A DNA stretch of 64,000 nucleotides from Candidatus Heimdallarchaeota archaeon (GCA_030603365.1 JAUVXV010000003.1:160001-224000), one strand, 5' to 3'; counted from the first letter of the stretch, positions 28,591 to 39,034 are shown. Numbers and translations: made by a program. The notes: a model not told the origin generated them from the letters alone.

Positions 28591-29349
28591 ATGTTGGCAA
28601 CCGAAATTGAATATGCGATAGAAACTCAAGATCTTGTAAAAATCTACAAGACAGGAAAAGTTCAAGCTGTAAATGGGCTTAATCTTCAGATAAAAAAAGG
28701 AGAAATTTATGCTTTAATCGGAGCAAACGGAAGCGGGAAAACAACTTCTATAAACATGATCAGCGGAGCTCTATTTCCTACATCGGGAACGATTAAAGTT
28801 TTGGGACATGAAATTCCTCGCAATCGTCGATTAATCACAAATTACATAGGACTTGCCCCTCAAGACTATTCGATTTATGAAGATTTGAGTTTAGAAGAAA
28901 ATGTTCGTTTCTTTTCAAGACTATATGGCATGAGTAAAGGTGATTTTGAACCCAAATTCGAAGAATTACTCAAAATATTGCGTCTTGAAGAAAAACGTAA
29001 GGCACTAGTGAAGAATCTCTCTGGAGGTATGAAAAGAAGAACAAGCATTGCATGCTCACTAATACATTCTCCAAAGATTGTTTTCTTTGATGAAGCAACA
29101 GTTGGTGTTGACCCAGTATTAAGATCATTTTTCTGGGAATATTTCAGATCATTAAAAGATAAAGGGGTTACACTTGTGATAACATCTCATGTAATGGATG
29201 AAGCAGAAAGAGCTGATAGAATCGGGTTAATGAGAGCTGGTAAGTTGATAGCTGAAGGCACTCCAGATGAACTCAAGCAAAAACACAATGCTGCGACGAT
29301 TGAAGAGATTTTCATTGAGCTAAGTGAAGGAGAGATTATCGATGAATAA
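28591..29349 (+). CDS. ABC-2 type exporter ATP-binding protein
   Basis: GANGSGKT, LSGGM, FFDEAT, SH; AAGGTGA SD. Confidence 0.95.
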   Translation: MLATEIEYAIETQDLVKIYKTGKVQAVNGLNLQIKKGEIYALIGANGSGKTTSINMISGALFPTSGTIKVLGHEIPRNRRLITNYIGLAPQDYSIYEDLSLEENVRFFSRLYGMSKGDFEPKFEELLKILRLEEKRKALVKNLSGGMKRRTSIACSLIHSPKIVFFDEATVGVDPVLRSFFWEYFRSLKDKGVTLVITSHVMDEAERADRIGLMRAGKLIAEGTPDELKQKHNAATIEEIFIELSEGEIIDE

Positions 29350-30493
29350 GAAAAAAGATAAAAAAAGCGATGAATTCAGTCCAAAAAATCTAGCTTTTTC
29401 TATGAGACGAGTTATGGCAATAGCACTTAAAACAATAAATCAGTTTAGGAGAGATAGAAGAACTCTTGGTCTTCTATTTGTTGTACCAATGGCAATTATG
29501 TTGATTTTTGGTTTAGCATTTAGTGGTGAAGTTCAAAATCTCCCTGTATTAATAGATAATCAAGATACAGTTTTTGGTATGATGATTGAAGAAAATCTAG
29601 CTAATGATACACGAGTAGAATTAACAGCTGGAGATTATTTCGAAGGAGTTGAACAAGTTGAGAAGGGAGATTATTATGCTGTGATTCTTATTCCAGCGAA
29701 TTTTACTCAGTCTATTCTTGAAATACAAGCAGGAAACACTACTCAAGCCAATATTTATTTGTACTTAGATGGGACTAAACCTACCATTAAAGGAAGTCTG
29801 TTGGGAGCCTTAAGAGATGCTCTTGATGAAACAATGGGAAATACAGGTATAAGTGTAGTTCAAGAGTTAGCTTTTGGAGGTGCAGAGTTTTCAGGTTTGG
29901 ATGTAGGAATTCCAGCTGTAATAGCTTTCGTTCTTATCTTTCTGTTAGTAATAGTAGGTGTAATAACTATTATACGCGAAAAAATCCAAGGTACTCAAGA
30001 CAGACTTTATGCTACACCTTTAAGATCTTCAGAAAGGTTACTTGGATATGTCATTGGTCTACTTCTGATTGCTATGATTATGATAGCATTAGTACTGATT
30101 TTTGGAGTTTTTGTATTTGGAGCAAAAGTTCAAGGAAACGTGTTCTTATTGATATTTGCAGCCTTACTTTTTGGATTGGCTCATGTATTTTTAGCTGTTT
30201 TCCTAGCTAACTTTGCTCAGAATGAACTACAAGCAATTCAGTTCGCACCTTTAACCGCTATCCCCAGTATGGCTCTGGGTGGAATGATGGTTCCTACAAT
30301 TAGTTTGCCCGTTTGGCTCTATCCAGTATCGTTCGTTGTACCTTTAACATATGGTATCAATCTTTTCGAAGGAATTATGCTCAAAGGATGGGGATTTGCA
30401 GAATTATGGGTAGATTTCCTAGTAGTTGGAGCTATGTGTCTAATATTCTTCGTTCTAGCAATTATTACCGTTAGAAACAGAATGAGGGATTAA
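29342..30493 (+). CDS. ABC-2 type exporter permease
   Basis: RRDRRTL, REKIQGT.DRL.ATPL, PLTY motifs; 6-TM pattern; overlaps the ATPase stop. Confidence 0.92.
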   Translation: MNKKKDKKSDEFSPKNLAFSMRRVMAIALKTINQFRRDRRTLGLLFVVPMAIMLIFGLAFSGEVQNLPVLIDNQDTVFGMMIEENLANDTRVELTAGDYFEGVEQVEKGDYYAVILIPANFTQSILEIQAGNTTQANIYLYLDGTKPTIKGSLLGALRDALDETMGNTGISVVQELAFGGAEFSGLDVGIPAVIAFVLIFLLVIVGVITIIREKIQGTQDRLYATPLRSSERLLGYVIGLLLIAMIMIALVLIFGVFVFGAKVQGNVFLLIFAALLFGLAHVFLAVFLANFAQNELQAIQFAPLTAIPSMALGGMMVPTISLPVWLYPVSFVVPLTYGINLFEGIMLKGWGFAELWVDFLVVGAMCLIFFVLAIITVRNRMRD

Positions 30494-30502
30494 GGTGATA
30501 AA

Positions 30503-31324
30503 ATGAAATCCAAATCTTCCTCCTCTTTTTCTAAAGAAGATGCGATAAAAGCATTATCTAGTTTAGGATTGTCTCTTGGAGAAGCAAAAACGTATACTTC
30601 GTTAGTTGGGTTGGGACCTATTCACGCAACCACATTGGCAGGATTAGCTGAAGTTCCTCAACCAAAAATCTATGGCTATCTAGAAAGTTTAGTTCAGAAG
30701 ATTTTTGTAACTCGACAGAGCAAGAAAGGAATTCCAGATTCTTACATGGCTGTTCCCTATGAGATTGTAATTGAGACACTAGAAAACAAAATGCAAAACA
30801 AAATCAAAGCTGCAAATCGATACTTCGAACAGGTTAAAGAAGAAGAAAGAACAAGAGATGTAGAGGATCTATTTTCCTACTTTGAGGGTAAAAAAGCAGT
30901 TTTTGCAGGATTGAAAACTATTTTTGATAATGTTCAGAAGAATATCATAATGGTTCTAATCAATTCATTTGATGCAGAAGTGATTCAGAAACTAATAGAA
31001 GAAAGGAAAAAAGAAAAACCAAATCTAGAGATACTTGAACTAGAATCTAGTGACCGTCTTCTAAAGGTTCCACCAATAAAGAAACTTATGAACACTGAAG
31101 GATTTCAAGATCTGCTTATGAAGCGTCCAACAATGTTTTATGTAGATGTAGATTTTGAAGAAAGCACTTGTACATCTATGAATCTAGTACTTCCTCCCAT
31201 CGATGATTTTGGTCAAGCTTTAATTAATATCAAGCATCCTATAGCACTACGCTTTCAAGTTCAGTTAGTATCAAGTATTCTAGATACTTTAAAGAACATA
31301 GGTTTGAAAGTGAAAGAGATGTAG
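30503..31324 (+). CDS. TrmB family transcriptional regulator
   Basis: LGLSLGEAKTYTSL, AEVPQPKIYGYLESL, YMAVP; AGGTGA SD. Confidence 0.88.
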   Translation: MKSKSSSSFSKEDAIKALSSLGLSLGEAKTYTSLVGLGPIHATTLAGLAEVPQPKIYGYLESLVQKIFVTRQSKKGIPDSYMAVPYEIVIETLENKMQNKIKAANRYFEQVKEEERTRDVEDLFSYFEGKKAVFAGLKTIFDNVQKNIIMVLINSFDAEVIQKLIEERKKEKPNLEILELESSDRLLKVPPIKKLMNTEGFQDLLMKRPTMFYVDVDFEESTCTSMNLVLPPIDDFGQALINIKHPIALRFQVQLVSSILDTLKNIGLKVKEM

Positions 31325-31367
31325 CTCAAGATAGAGTTATAAATCTCCTTTTTTTTCTTATTTTAAG

Positions 31368-33203
31368 ATGTCCGAGAAGAATGCTAAACAATTGACAGGT
31401 TCTGAAGTTATCATAGAATATTTGATTAGAGAAGGAGTCAAATATATTTTTGGTATCCCTGGTCATGGTTGTTTAGGGTTTACCGATGCGCTTCTAAGAT
31501 ATAAGGATGAAATTCAAGTTATTCAACCTAAACAAGAAATGTCTGGAGTTCATATGGCTGTAGGTTATTATAGAGTAACAGGTAAACCTTTACCAGTTTT
31601 TACAAGCATCGGTCCTGGTGCCATAAATACAGTAATAGGTTTAGCTGATGCATATGTTGATTCAATGCCTGTTCTTGTTCTAACAGGTGATACTCATGTT
31701 CATATGAGAGGTGTAGGAGTTCTTCAGGAGATTGAGCGACACAAAGATAGTTCCATGCCTAGAATACTCGAACCTATTGTTAAGAGATCTTTTGAGTTAG
31801 CTTCTTCAAATCAGATTCCCAAAGTAATTCAACGAGCATTTAATATTATGATGACTGGACGAAAAGGACCAGTACACATTGACATGCCTATGGATGTTCA
31901 ATGTGATTTTGTAGATAGAACAATTCCTGAACCATTCAAGAGAAGAACAGCAGCTAAAACAAGAGGTGACTTCAACTACATTCAAATGGCAGCTGAACTC
32001 TTTATGAAAGCAAAAAGACCACTAGTATGGCTTGGTGGTGGTGTAGTTACATCTAGTGCTTTTGAAGAAGTTAAAGAAATTGCCGAATTTACTGGATCTC
32101 CAGTTCTTACATCTATGATGGCTAAAGATGCATTTCCAAATGACCACCCTCTTTATGGTTGGGCAACAGGTTCCAAAGGAACAAAAATTGGTGTTGCACT
32201 TAGTAGAAAAGCTGATGTAGTTTTAGCAGTAGGAACCCGTTTTGCGGATGAATCTACATGTTCATATAGAAAAGGAATTGCTTGGAATTTTGGTAAAGAG
32301 AAGGATGATACCCGATTAATTCATATTGATATCGATCCCAATGAGATAGGTAAGAATTACCCGACAGATATTGGAATAGTGGGAGATGCAAAAGCAGTAT
32401 TAAATGATTTTTTGGGGATTTTGAAGAAGAAATTTGCTCCTGTTAATTACATAGAAACAGAGTATTTCAAAGAGATCCATCAACTAAAAGAGGAATGGTT
32501 CAAATTCTTGTCTGATTGGCGAATTCCTCAACTTGAACCAGTCATGATTTCCTGCGTTCTTAAAGAAGTAAGAGATTTTCTAAAAAGGGATGCAATAATA
32601 GTTACAAGTTCTGGAAATGTCCAAGCACAGATGATTCAAGAACTTGAATTCTATGAACCTCATACATGTATAACAGCTGGGGGTTTCTCAACTATGGGAT
32701 ACACTCTTCCAGCAACAATAGGAGCTAAACTAGGGAAGCCAAACAAGCAGGTAATCGGATTAGTAGGAGACGGAGATTTCATGATGACTATGCAAGAGTT
32801 ACACACCGCAAAGCAATTGGGGTTGAATGTAGTCATTGTGGTTCTCAATAATGCAGGTTGGATAGCAATAACTGATCTTCAACGAGCAGTACTTGGGGAA
32901 GATAGAGGATTTGCAACCGAGTTTAAGGATTCTAAGGGAGAAACATACACACCTCACTTTGCAGACATTGCCAAAGGCTTTGGATGTTGGTCAACTAGAA
33001 TCTCAAAAAATGATCAAATAAAGCCTGCCTTACAAATGGCATTCAAACAAAAAGGACCTGCAGTTGTTGAGATAATGGTTAACAGAGATCCCAAATATAC
33101 AGGTTCTCCAGCTTGGGGTTGGTGGGATGTTCCTATTCCAGCTTATATGACAAATAAGAGAGTAAAATATCTAGAACAACGTCAATCTGAAGACTTAAGC
33201 TAA
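31368..33203 (+). CDS. Thiamine-diphosphate enzyme, acetolactate synthase large subunit-like family
   Basis: FGIPGHG, catalytic Glu in KQE, GPGAIN, GPVHIDMP, GDGDF...NN ThDP motif; substrate unknown. Confidence 0.88.
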   Translation: MSEKNAKQLTGSEVIIEYLIREGVKYIFGIPGHGCLGFTDALLRYKDEIQVIQPKQEMSGVHMAVGYYRVTGKPLPVFTSIGPGAINTVIGLADAYVDSMPVLVLTGDTHVHMRGVGVLQEIERHKDSSMPRILEPIVKRSFELASSNQIPKVIQRAFNIMMTGRKGPVHIDMPMDVQCDFVDRTIPEPFKRRTAAKTRGDFNYIQMAAELFMKAKRPLVWLGGGVVTSSAFEEVKEIAEFTGSPVLTSMMAKDAFPNDHPLYGWATGSKGTKIGVALSRKADVVLAVGTRFADESTCSYRKGIAWNFGKEKDDTRLIHIDIDPNEIGKNYPTDIGIVGDAKAVLNDFLGILKKKFAPVNYIETEYFKEIHQLKEEWFKFLSDWRIPQLEPVMISCVLKEVRDFLKRDAIIVTSSGNVQAQMIQELEFYEPHTCITAGGFSTMGYTLPATIGAKLGKPNKQVIGLVGDGDFMMTMQELHTAKQLGLNVVIVVLNNAGWIAITDLQRAVLGEDRGFATEFKDSKGETYTPHFADIAKGFGCWSTRISKNDQIKPALQMAFKQKGPAVVEIMVNRDPKYTGSPAWGWWDVPIPAYMTNKRVKYLEQRQSEDLS

Positions 33204-33250
33204 AACACTATTTTTGTTTAAAACACAAAAAAGAAAAAGAAAAAATCGGT

Positions 33251-36200
33251 TTATGGAACAAGAGTTCCAAACCAACTAAGTATATTATCAACTAAGATTT
33301 TCCCATCATGAAAACCATTATTCCAAATACCAGCAGCTGTAGTTAGACCATACATGTTTTTGTAATCTGAGAAAATGGCTTCTCCAGAGACAATGACATA
33401 TTTGTTATCTCCAAAGTCCTCAATTACAATCATTGGATAAATTCCAAGAATACCGTACGATGAATAATAATCTAAGATATTTGGAGAACCATCTTGATTT
33501 ACAGCGTATGAATACATACTTGATGCCATAATTATTTCAATCCCATCCAAATAATCATTGTAGACCAGATCAATAACTGCTCCATCTATATAACCAAGAA
33601 CATTAGAGGGACCGTGCATGATAATACTTGAGACTCCTGTTGTGAATATAGAATTCAAAGCTCCATCTGAAAATGGATAGTTGACTGCTACTCGATATGG
33701 CATACCATCATTTCTGACATCATCCATGACAGCATCTGAAGATAGTCTTAATCTTGATCCAATTGTTGAAAGAATTTCATTGTTGTATATCGGATCAAAT
33801 TGTCCGTCGTAGTCCGAATCACCTGCTACCCAGAGTAATCTTGGTCCAATATCATAGAACCAGTTATAAATGTCATCTAATTCTCCAGTTGAAAAATCCG
33901 TAGTTGAAGCCGAAATCAGTAATACATCTGTTTCTGGTTGAATACTAAAACTACCATCTATGATAAAGAAATTAGATCCACATGCAATCAGATTCTTTTC
34001 AAGGAATACTGCTTCGTGTTCGGCAACAGCCATTCCATGGCTATAATCGATAGAGACATCAAGATTTGATGGCAAACCATCTGAATATACGTAAAGAGTT
34101 TCAGTCTTCTCATAAAAGTCTCCATCTCCTTCGTACCATCCAAATGTTACTTCATACATACCTGGTAGGAAGTGGTATTCTTCAAAAACATGGTAAAACC
34201 AGAGATAATAATTGCTTGGATCTCCAAATTCATCATATACTATTTCTAGTTTTTGATCTAACTCTATCTCATAACCATCTATATCCATATAGACTTCATA
34301 AGGTATCGAATCATAGAATTCTTCATTACCAAAATTATCTGAGCTAAATCCCCATCCATGTCTTATAAAACTACTTTTAGAATTGAAGATTCCCAAAGTA
34401 TCAGGCCGGAACATGTTTAGCCGATGACCATCTTCAAGAACAGTGAGTGTTTCAGTAATCTCATATTGAACTACTCCGTTTACATCAGTCCATCTCATTG
34501 TTAAAAAGTAATGTCCAGGTTCAAAGTAATATGCATCAAAGTTTTGATAAAATAGATATCTGTAATAAACTGGGTTTCCATACTCATCATAGTCGATTTC
34601 AAGTTTCTGGTACAGGTCGATTTCATCTACACCTATGAATAATTGAACATCATAGGGCATTTCATCATAAAACCCTGGTTCATTAATATGTTCTGGCGAA
34701 AATCCTATACCGTGCTGAATATAACTTCTTTCTAATGCTGTAATTGTCAGTGATTGAGGATTAAATAGTGATAGTCTATGACTTTCTCTTAATACTACTA
34801 ATGGATGAGAATGAGTTAGTGATTCCAATAATGAACTCCAAACTCCAGTTATATCATAAATACCCGGGGCAAAGTAATTGGCATCAAAGTTCTGATAGAA
34901 GAGCAAACGATATCTGGTAGGATTACCATACTCATCATAATCTGTTTCAAGCTTTTGAAATAAATCGATTTCCTGATCATCTATATATAGTTCAAAATCA
35001 AATGACCCTTCGTAAAAGCTAACATCTTCGATATCCTCTGGTGACCAACTCCAACCATGTCGGATATAACTCCTTTCTGAAGTAGTAATTATCAGAGATT
35101 CTTCATTAACCCCTCCAGTGCTAGCATAGAGGTTTAATCGATGTGGATCCTCAAGAACTGTTAAAGGATGTTGTAGAGTAAGATATGTCTCTGAACCAAC
35201 ACTCCAGACTACTGTCCAGTTGTAGACTCCAGGGGCAAAGTAACCATTATCAAAATAATAATAGAATAACCAGAGATAACTGGTAGGATTATCAAATTCA
35301 TCATAGATAATTTCAAGTTTCTGATATAAATCGATTTCCTGGTCATCAATATATAGCTGTACATTATATGGTAATTCTTCGTAAAAGCTAACATCTTCGA
35401 TATCCTCTGGTGACCAACTCCAACCATGTCGGATATAACTCCTTTCTGAAGTTGTAATTGTCATAGAACCTGGATCATTCCACACTTTTATTCTATGGGG
35501 ATCATTTAGAACTATCAAAGGATATGAACCGCACCAAACTTCTCCTGTTACATCGCTCCAAACTACTGTCCAATTGTAAACACCTGGGGCAAAGTAACCA
35601 GCATCAAAGTACTGGTAAAAGAGTACATCGTAAATATTTTCTCCTTTTTCTTCTTTAATAGAATATAATTTAATTTCTTCTCCATCAAGCAAAACCTGTA
35701 CATTCAAAGGTTCTAGATTAGTTATATCTTCATCAGTAAGTCCTGTCCATCCATGTTTAACATAACTTCGTTCATTAGATGAAATTATCATAGAATCATG
35801 AGCAAATACACCTATACGGTGAGGATCAGTAAGTACAGTTAAGGGATGAGATTGGTACCAAACTTCTCCTGTTACATCGCTCCAAACAACAGTCCAATTA
35901 TAGATACCAGGAGTGAAATAATTTGTTTCAAAAGTTTGATAGAACCACACATTGTATGTCTTATCTTGGCCTAAACCAACTTTTTCTTTACAATTATCTA
36001 ACTCGATTTCTATACCATCTAAATATACTTTGACTTCAAAGGGTTCTAAGTCTTTCAATTCTTGTTTAGTTAATCCAACCCATCCATGAAGAACATGGCT
36101 AGCTTCAGAAGTTGTGAAAGACATTGTTTCATGATTATAGACCCTGATGAGGTGTCCTTTATAACCATCTCTGATGTCTGTAAATTCCCCAGGTAAAGCA

Positions 36201-36289
36201 TTGCTTTCGTTAACTTGCGGAACTAGTATCAGTAATGTTACAAGTAGCATTAGTATGATGGGGAGAGTTTTTAATTTGTTAATTTTCAT
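33251..36289 (-). CDS. Large secreted protein with six ~110-120 aa repeats and a C-terminal GIFT/DUF4350-like domain
   Basis: Signal peptide; repeats HR(I/L)...HG(W/I)...DxxEIxL...FY..F....F.PG.Y; C-terminal IDYSHG, LLWVAGDSD, GEAIFSDY. Confidence 0.8.
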   Translation of the reverse strand: MKINKLKTLPIILMLLVTLLILVPQVNESNALPGEFTDIRDGYKGHLIRVYNHETMSFTTSEASHVLHGWVGLTKQELKDLEPFEVKVYLDGIEIELDNCKEKVGLGQDKTYNVWFYQTFETNYFTPGIYNWTVVWSDVTGEVWYQSHPLTVLTDPHRIGVFAHDSMIISSNERSYVKHGWTGLTDEDITNLEPLNVQVLLDGEEIKLYSIKEEKGENIYDVLFYQYFDAGYFAPGVYNWTVVWSDVTGEVWCGSYPLIVLNDPHRIKVWNDPGSMTITTSERSYIRHGWSWSPEDIEDVSFYEELPYNVQLYIDDQEIDLYQKLEIIYDEFDNPTSYLWLFYYYFDNGYFAPGVYNWTVVWSVGSETYLTLQHPLTVLEDPHRLNLYASTGGVNEESLIITTSERSYIRHGWSWSPEDIEDVSFYEGSFDFELYIDDQEIDLFQKLETDYDEYGNPTRYRLLFYQNFDANYFAPGIYDITGVWSSLLESLTHSHPLVVLRESHRLSLFNPQSLTITALERSYIQHGIGFSPEHINEPGFYDEMPYDVQLFIGVDEIDLYQKLEIDYDEYGNPVYYRYLFYQNFDAYYFEPGHYFLTMRWTDVNGVVQYEITETLTVLEDGHRLNMFRPDTLGIFNSKSSFIRHGWGFSSDNFGNEEFYDSIPYEVYMDIDGYEIELDQKLEIVYDEFGDPSNYYLWFYHVFEEYHFLPGMYEVTFGWYEGDGDFYEKTETLYVYSDGLPSNLDVSIDYSHGMAVAEHEAVFLEKNLIACGSNFFIIDGSFSIQPETDVLLISASTTDFSTGELDDIYNWFYDIGPRLLWVAGDSDYDGQFDPIYNNEILSTIGSRLRLSSDAVMDDVRNDGMPYRVAVNYPFSDGALNSIFTTGVSSIIMHGPSNVLGYIDGAVIDLVYNDYLDGIEIIMASSMYSYAVNQDGSPNILDYYSSYGILGIYPMIVIEDFGDNKYVIVSGEAIFSDYKNMYGLTTAAGIWNNGFHDGKILVDNILSWFGTLVP
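35008..35452. repeat. 76-bp perfect direct repeat within the repeat-protein gene
   Basis: 35008-35083 is identical to 35377-35452 (offset 369 nt = 123 codons). Confidence 0.9.
35533..35887. repeat. 31-bp perfect direct repeat within the repeat-protein gene
   Basis: accaaacttctcctgttacatcgctccaaac at 35533-35563 and 35857-35887 (offset 324 nt). Confidence 0.88.
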
Positions 36290-36568
36290 TTTTTATCTCC
36301 TACAAACTAATTTTCTTATATTGATGAAAAATAATCAAATTTACTCAATTTGAACTAAATTTCTTCAATCTTACAAATAACCCTATACCATTTAATAAAC
36401 TTTGTGCGTTATATATTACATACATAAATTCCATGCTTCGTTATCTCATGGTCTTTGAAGTAAAAAATAGTCTAAAAAAGTTGGAACAGCTAATTAAAAA
36501 TTAAAATTTCTCTCAGAATTGACATAAATCCAATAAAGTTTTTATTTTAGCCTTCAACAAGCAACTGT

Positions 36569-37984
36569 ATGGAACAAGAAAAAGAGAAATCTAAAAGAGT
36601 TGTTCCTCTAAAATTCAACTTAGCATTTGCAACTGGTGAAATAACAGATGCAGTAGCATATCAAGGATTTTCTTTTCTAATATTCAATTTCTACTATTTT
36701 GTAATAAATATGGATGTTGCATATTTAACAATTCTTTATGTGCTTTGGTCAATATACAATGCTTTCAACGATCCAATTTTAGGGGGATTATCAGACAAAA
36801 CTCGAACTAAAAAACTTGGGGGAGGACGTAGACGACCTTGGATGATAGCTGCTTGGGTACCTTTATCCCTAATAATGTTCTTTCTTTTCACACCATTTGC
36901 CACTTTCGATCAGAACCCTGTATGGGTTTCAATATACTTCTTTGTAATAATCTGTTTATTCGATACAATCTATACTGCATTTTCATTGAATAGAACATCA
37001 CTATATCCTGAAATGTTCAGAACTAATAAAGAAAGAGAAGAAGCTGGTACTGCTAGGAGAATAATGATGATTGTTGGTTTAGTCCTTGCAATGGGTTTAC
37101 CAACCTTTATTGTAGGAGATCTATCTAATCCAGCGAATTTATACAGATATTGGATTGCAGGAGCAGCTCTTGGGGTTATAGTCTTCATAACTGCATGGAT
37201 TAATATAAAGTGGGGTGTAAAAGAACCCCCACTAGAAGAACTTGAAGAAAAAGAAACCACTGGTGTTTTCAAATCAATTTGGATTACTCTGAAAAATTGG
37301 AAATTTGTTGTCTTCGTACTTTGTTCGATGATGAATTGGTATGTTTTTGCCCTTTTTCCAATGGTTATGAATATTTACAATAAATTTATTCTTGCTCAAC
37401 CATGGATGGGTGAAAATGAAAGTCTCTTTGCAGCGATACTCTTACTTGTCGCTTTTCTATTTTCAGGTGTAGGTGTTCTTATCTGGTCTAAAATAGATAG
37501 TTTATTAGGAAGTAAAGTTGGATTCCTCATATCTCAAGCTTTCTGGGTAGCTGTTTTAATTCCGATGTTCTTTGTGAATAATTATTTTGTTGCTCTGGCA
37601 ATAATGGCTTTAAATGGTATTGCACTTGGTGGATCTCCATACTTCATTGATAGGCATATCTCTAATATCGCGGATGAAGATGAATTAAAAACAGGTCAAA
37701 GAAGAGAAGCATCATTTTATGGTGTTCATGCCTTAATCATCCGATTATCAGGAATTTTTGCAATAGTATCAATGTATATAATTCTTGCAACATCTGATTA
37801 TAGTATATGGTCTGATGCAAATGTTGCTAACCCACCAGAAATTGGCTTAAAATCACTAGTTTCTTGGTTTCCAGCAGTTGCTTTGGTTTTAGGTATCATA
37901 TTTCTATTGATTTATCCTTTGAACAAGAAAGAAGTAGATGTACTTCAAAATGTCTACAAAAAGAGTAAAAAAGATGAAAACTAA
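36569..37984 (+). CDS. MFS transporter, GPH (MelB-like) family
   Basis: NAFNDPILGGLSDKTRT..GRRRPW, DEDELKTGQRREASFYG; about 12 TM. Confidence 0.92.
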   Translation: MEQEKEKSKRVVPLKFNLAFATGEITDAVAYQGFSFLIFNFYYFVINMDVAYLTILYVLWSIYNAFNDPILGGLSDKTRTKKLGGGRRRPWMIAAWVPLSLIMFFLFTPFATFDQNPVWVSIYFFVIICLFDTIYTAFSLNRTSLYPEMFRTNKEREEAGTARRIMMIVGLVLAMGLPTFIVGDLSNPANLYRYWIAGAALGVIVFITAWINIKWGVKEPPLEELEEKETTGVFKSIWITLKNWKFVVFVLCSMMNWYVFALFPMVMNIYNKFILAQPWMGENESLFAAILLLVAFLFSGVGVLIWSKIDSLLGSKVGFLISQAFWVAVLIPMFFVNNYFVALAIMALNGIALGGSPYFIDRHISNIADEDELKTGQRREASFYGVHALIIRLSGIFAIVSMYIILATSDYSIWSDANVANPPEIGLKSLVSWFPAVALVLGIIFLLIYPLNKKEVDVLQNVYKKSKKDEN

Positions 37985-38032
37985 AAATAATAAAAATAAG
38001 AAAGATCTAAATCTTTCTTTAACTCATTTTTT

Positions 38033-39034
38033 TTAATGTTGCTTGGTTTTTAATCCTTGAAGATATTCAATCGCACCTAAGGCTGCAATTGTACCAAGAC
38101 CAGTAGAGGTGGTTATCTGTCTCATGAGTGGATTAACGATTTTGCTGGTTACATCACCTGCTGCAAAAACTCCCGCAACATTTGTTCTGCAATCATCATC
38201 AATCTTCATCAGCCCTTCTTCAAGTTCAACACCTAAAGCAACAGCTAGTTCAACATTTGGAATAGCACCTATTTCAGCGAAAACTCCATCTACTTTAAGA
38301 GAAGTACCATCACTAAAGAGCACCTCTTCAATGGTGTTTGTACCTTTTATTTCAGCAATTTGCTTGTTATAGAGAATAGTAATGTTTTCTCGGTCTTTGG
38401 CTCTATCAATATAGATTTTTTCACATTTCAAATAATCTGATCTGGAAGTCCAGTAAATTCTTTTTGAACCTACATCACTTAAGGCTAATGAACCTGTAGC
38501 AGCTGCATCACCTGATCCTGCTACAACTACGGTTTTTTCTTTGAAAAATGCAGCATCACAAGTAGCACAATATGACATCCCCCTACCTATGAATTCCTTT
38601 TCTCCAGGAACCCCTAATTCTCTGTGTCTTCCACCTGTTGCCAAAATGATAGCTTTGACAATAAATTCTCCCATATCACTTTTAATATGAAAACGACCAT
38701 CATCAACCTTATCAATAGTTGCTACTTCACCATAAACTACCTTGGTGCCGAATTTTTCAACTTGAGCTTTCATTTTATCAGCGAGCTCTATACCTGATAT
38801 CATTTCAAATCCAGGATAGTTTTCAATTTCCATAGCTAATCCCATTTGACCCCCATATTCAAGTCCAAGTTCAATAACTGAAATACCAGATCTGGATGCA
38901 TACAAAGCTGCTGTTAAGCCAGCAGGACCTAAACCTATGATTCCAAGGTCTTTCTCAATAGGACCAGATTTTACGTCTTTTTCCTCTTCTTCTTCTAAAT
39001 CTTCTGTTGGACCTAGTAATAACATATTTATCAT
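38033..39034 (-). CDS. trxB: Thioredoxin reductase family FAD oxidoreductase
   Basis: GLGPAGLTAA, ENYPG, ATG, SYCATCD, GVFAAGD. Confidence 0.88.
   Translation of the reverse strand: MINMLLLGPTEDLEEEEEKDVKSGPIEKDLGIIGLGPAGLTAALYASRSGISVIELGLEYGGQMGLAMEIENYPGFEMISGIELADKMKAQVEKFGTKVVYGEVATIDKVDDGRFHIKSDMGEFIVKAIILATGGRHRELGVPGEKEFIGRGMSYCATCDAAFFKEKTVVVAGSGDAAATGSLALSDVGSKRIYWTSRSDYLKCEKIYIDRAKDRENITILYNKQIAEIKGTNTIEEVLFSDGTSLKVDGVFAEIGAIPNVELAVALGVELEEGLMKIDDDCRTNVAGVFAAGDVTSKIVNPLMRQITTSTGLGTIAALGAIEYLQGLKTKQH

Noticed and set aside
31368-33203. Specific call as ilvB or iolD
   Set aside because: No small subunit, ilvC/D or iol genes are adjacent; the motifs support only the ThDP enzyme family.
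35008-35452. DGR template/variable repeat pair
   Set aside because: The copies are identical, both in frame inside one gene, with no adenine-specific mismatches and no reverse transcriptase in the window.
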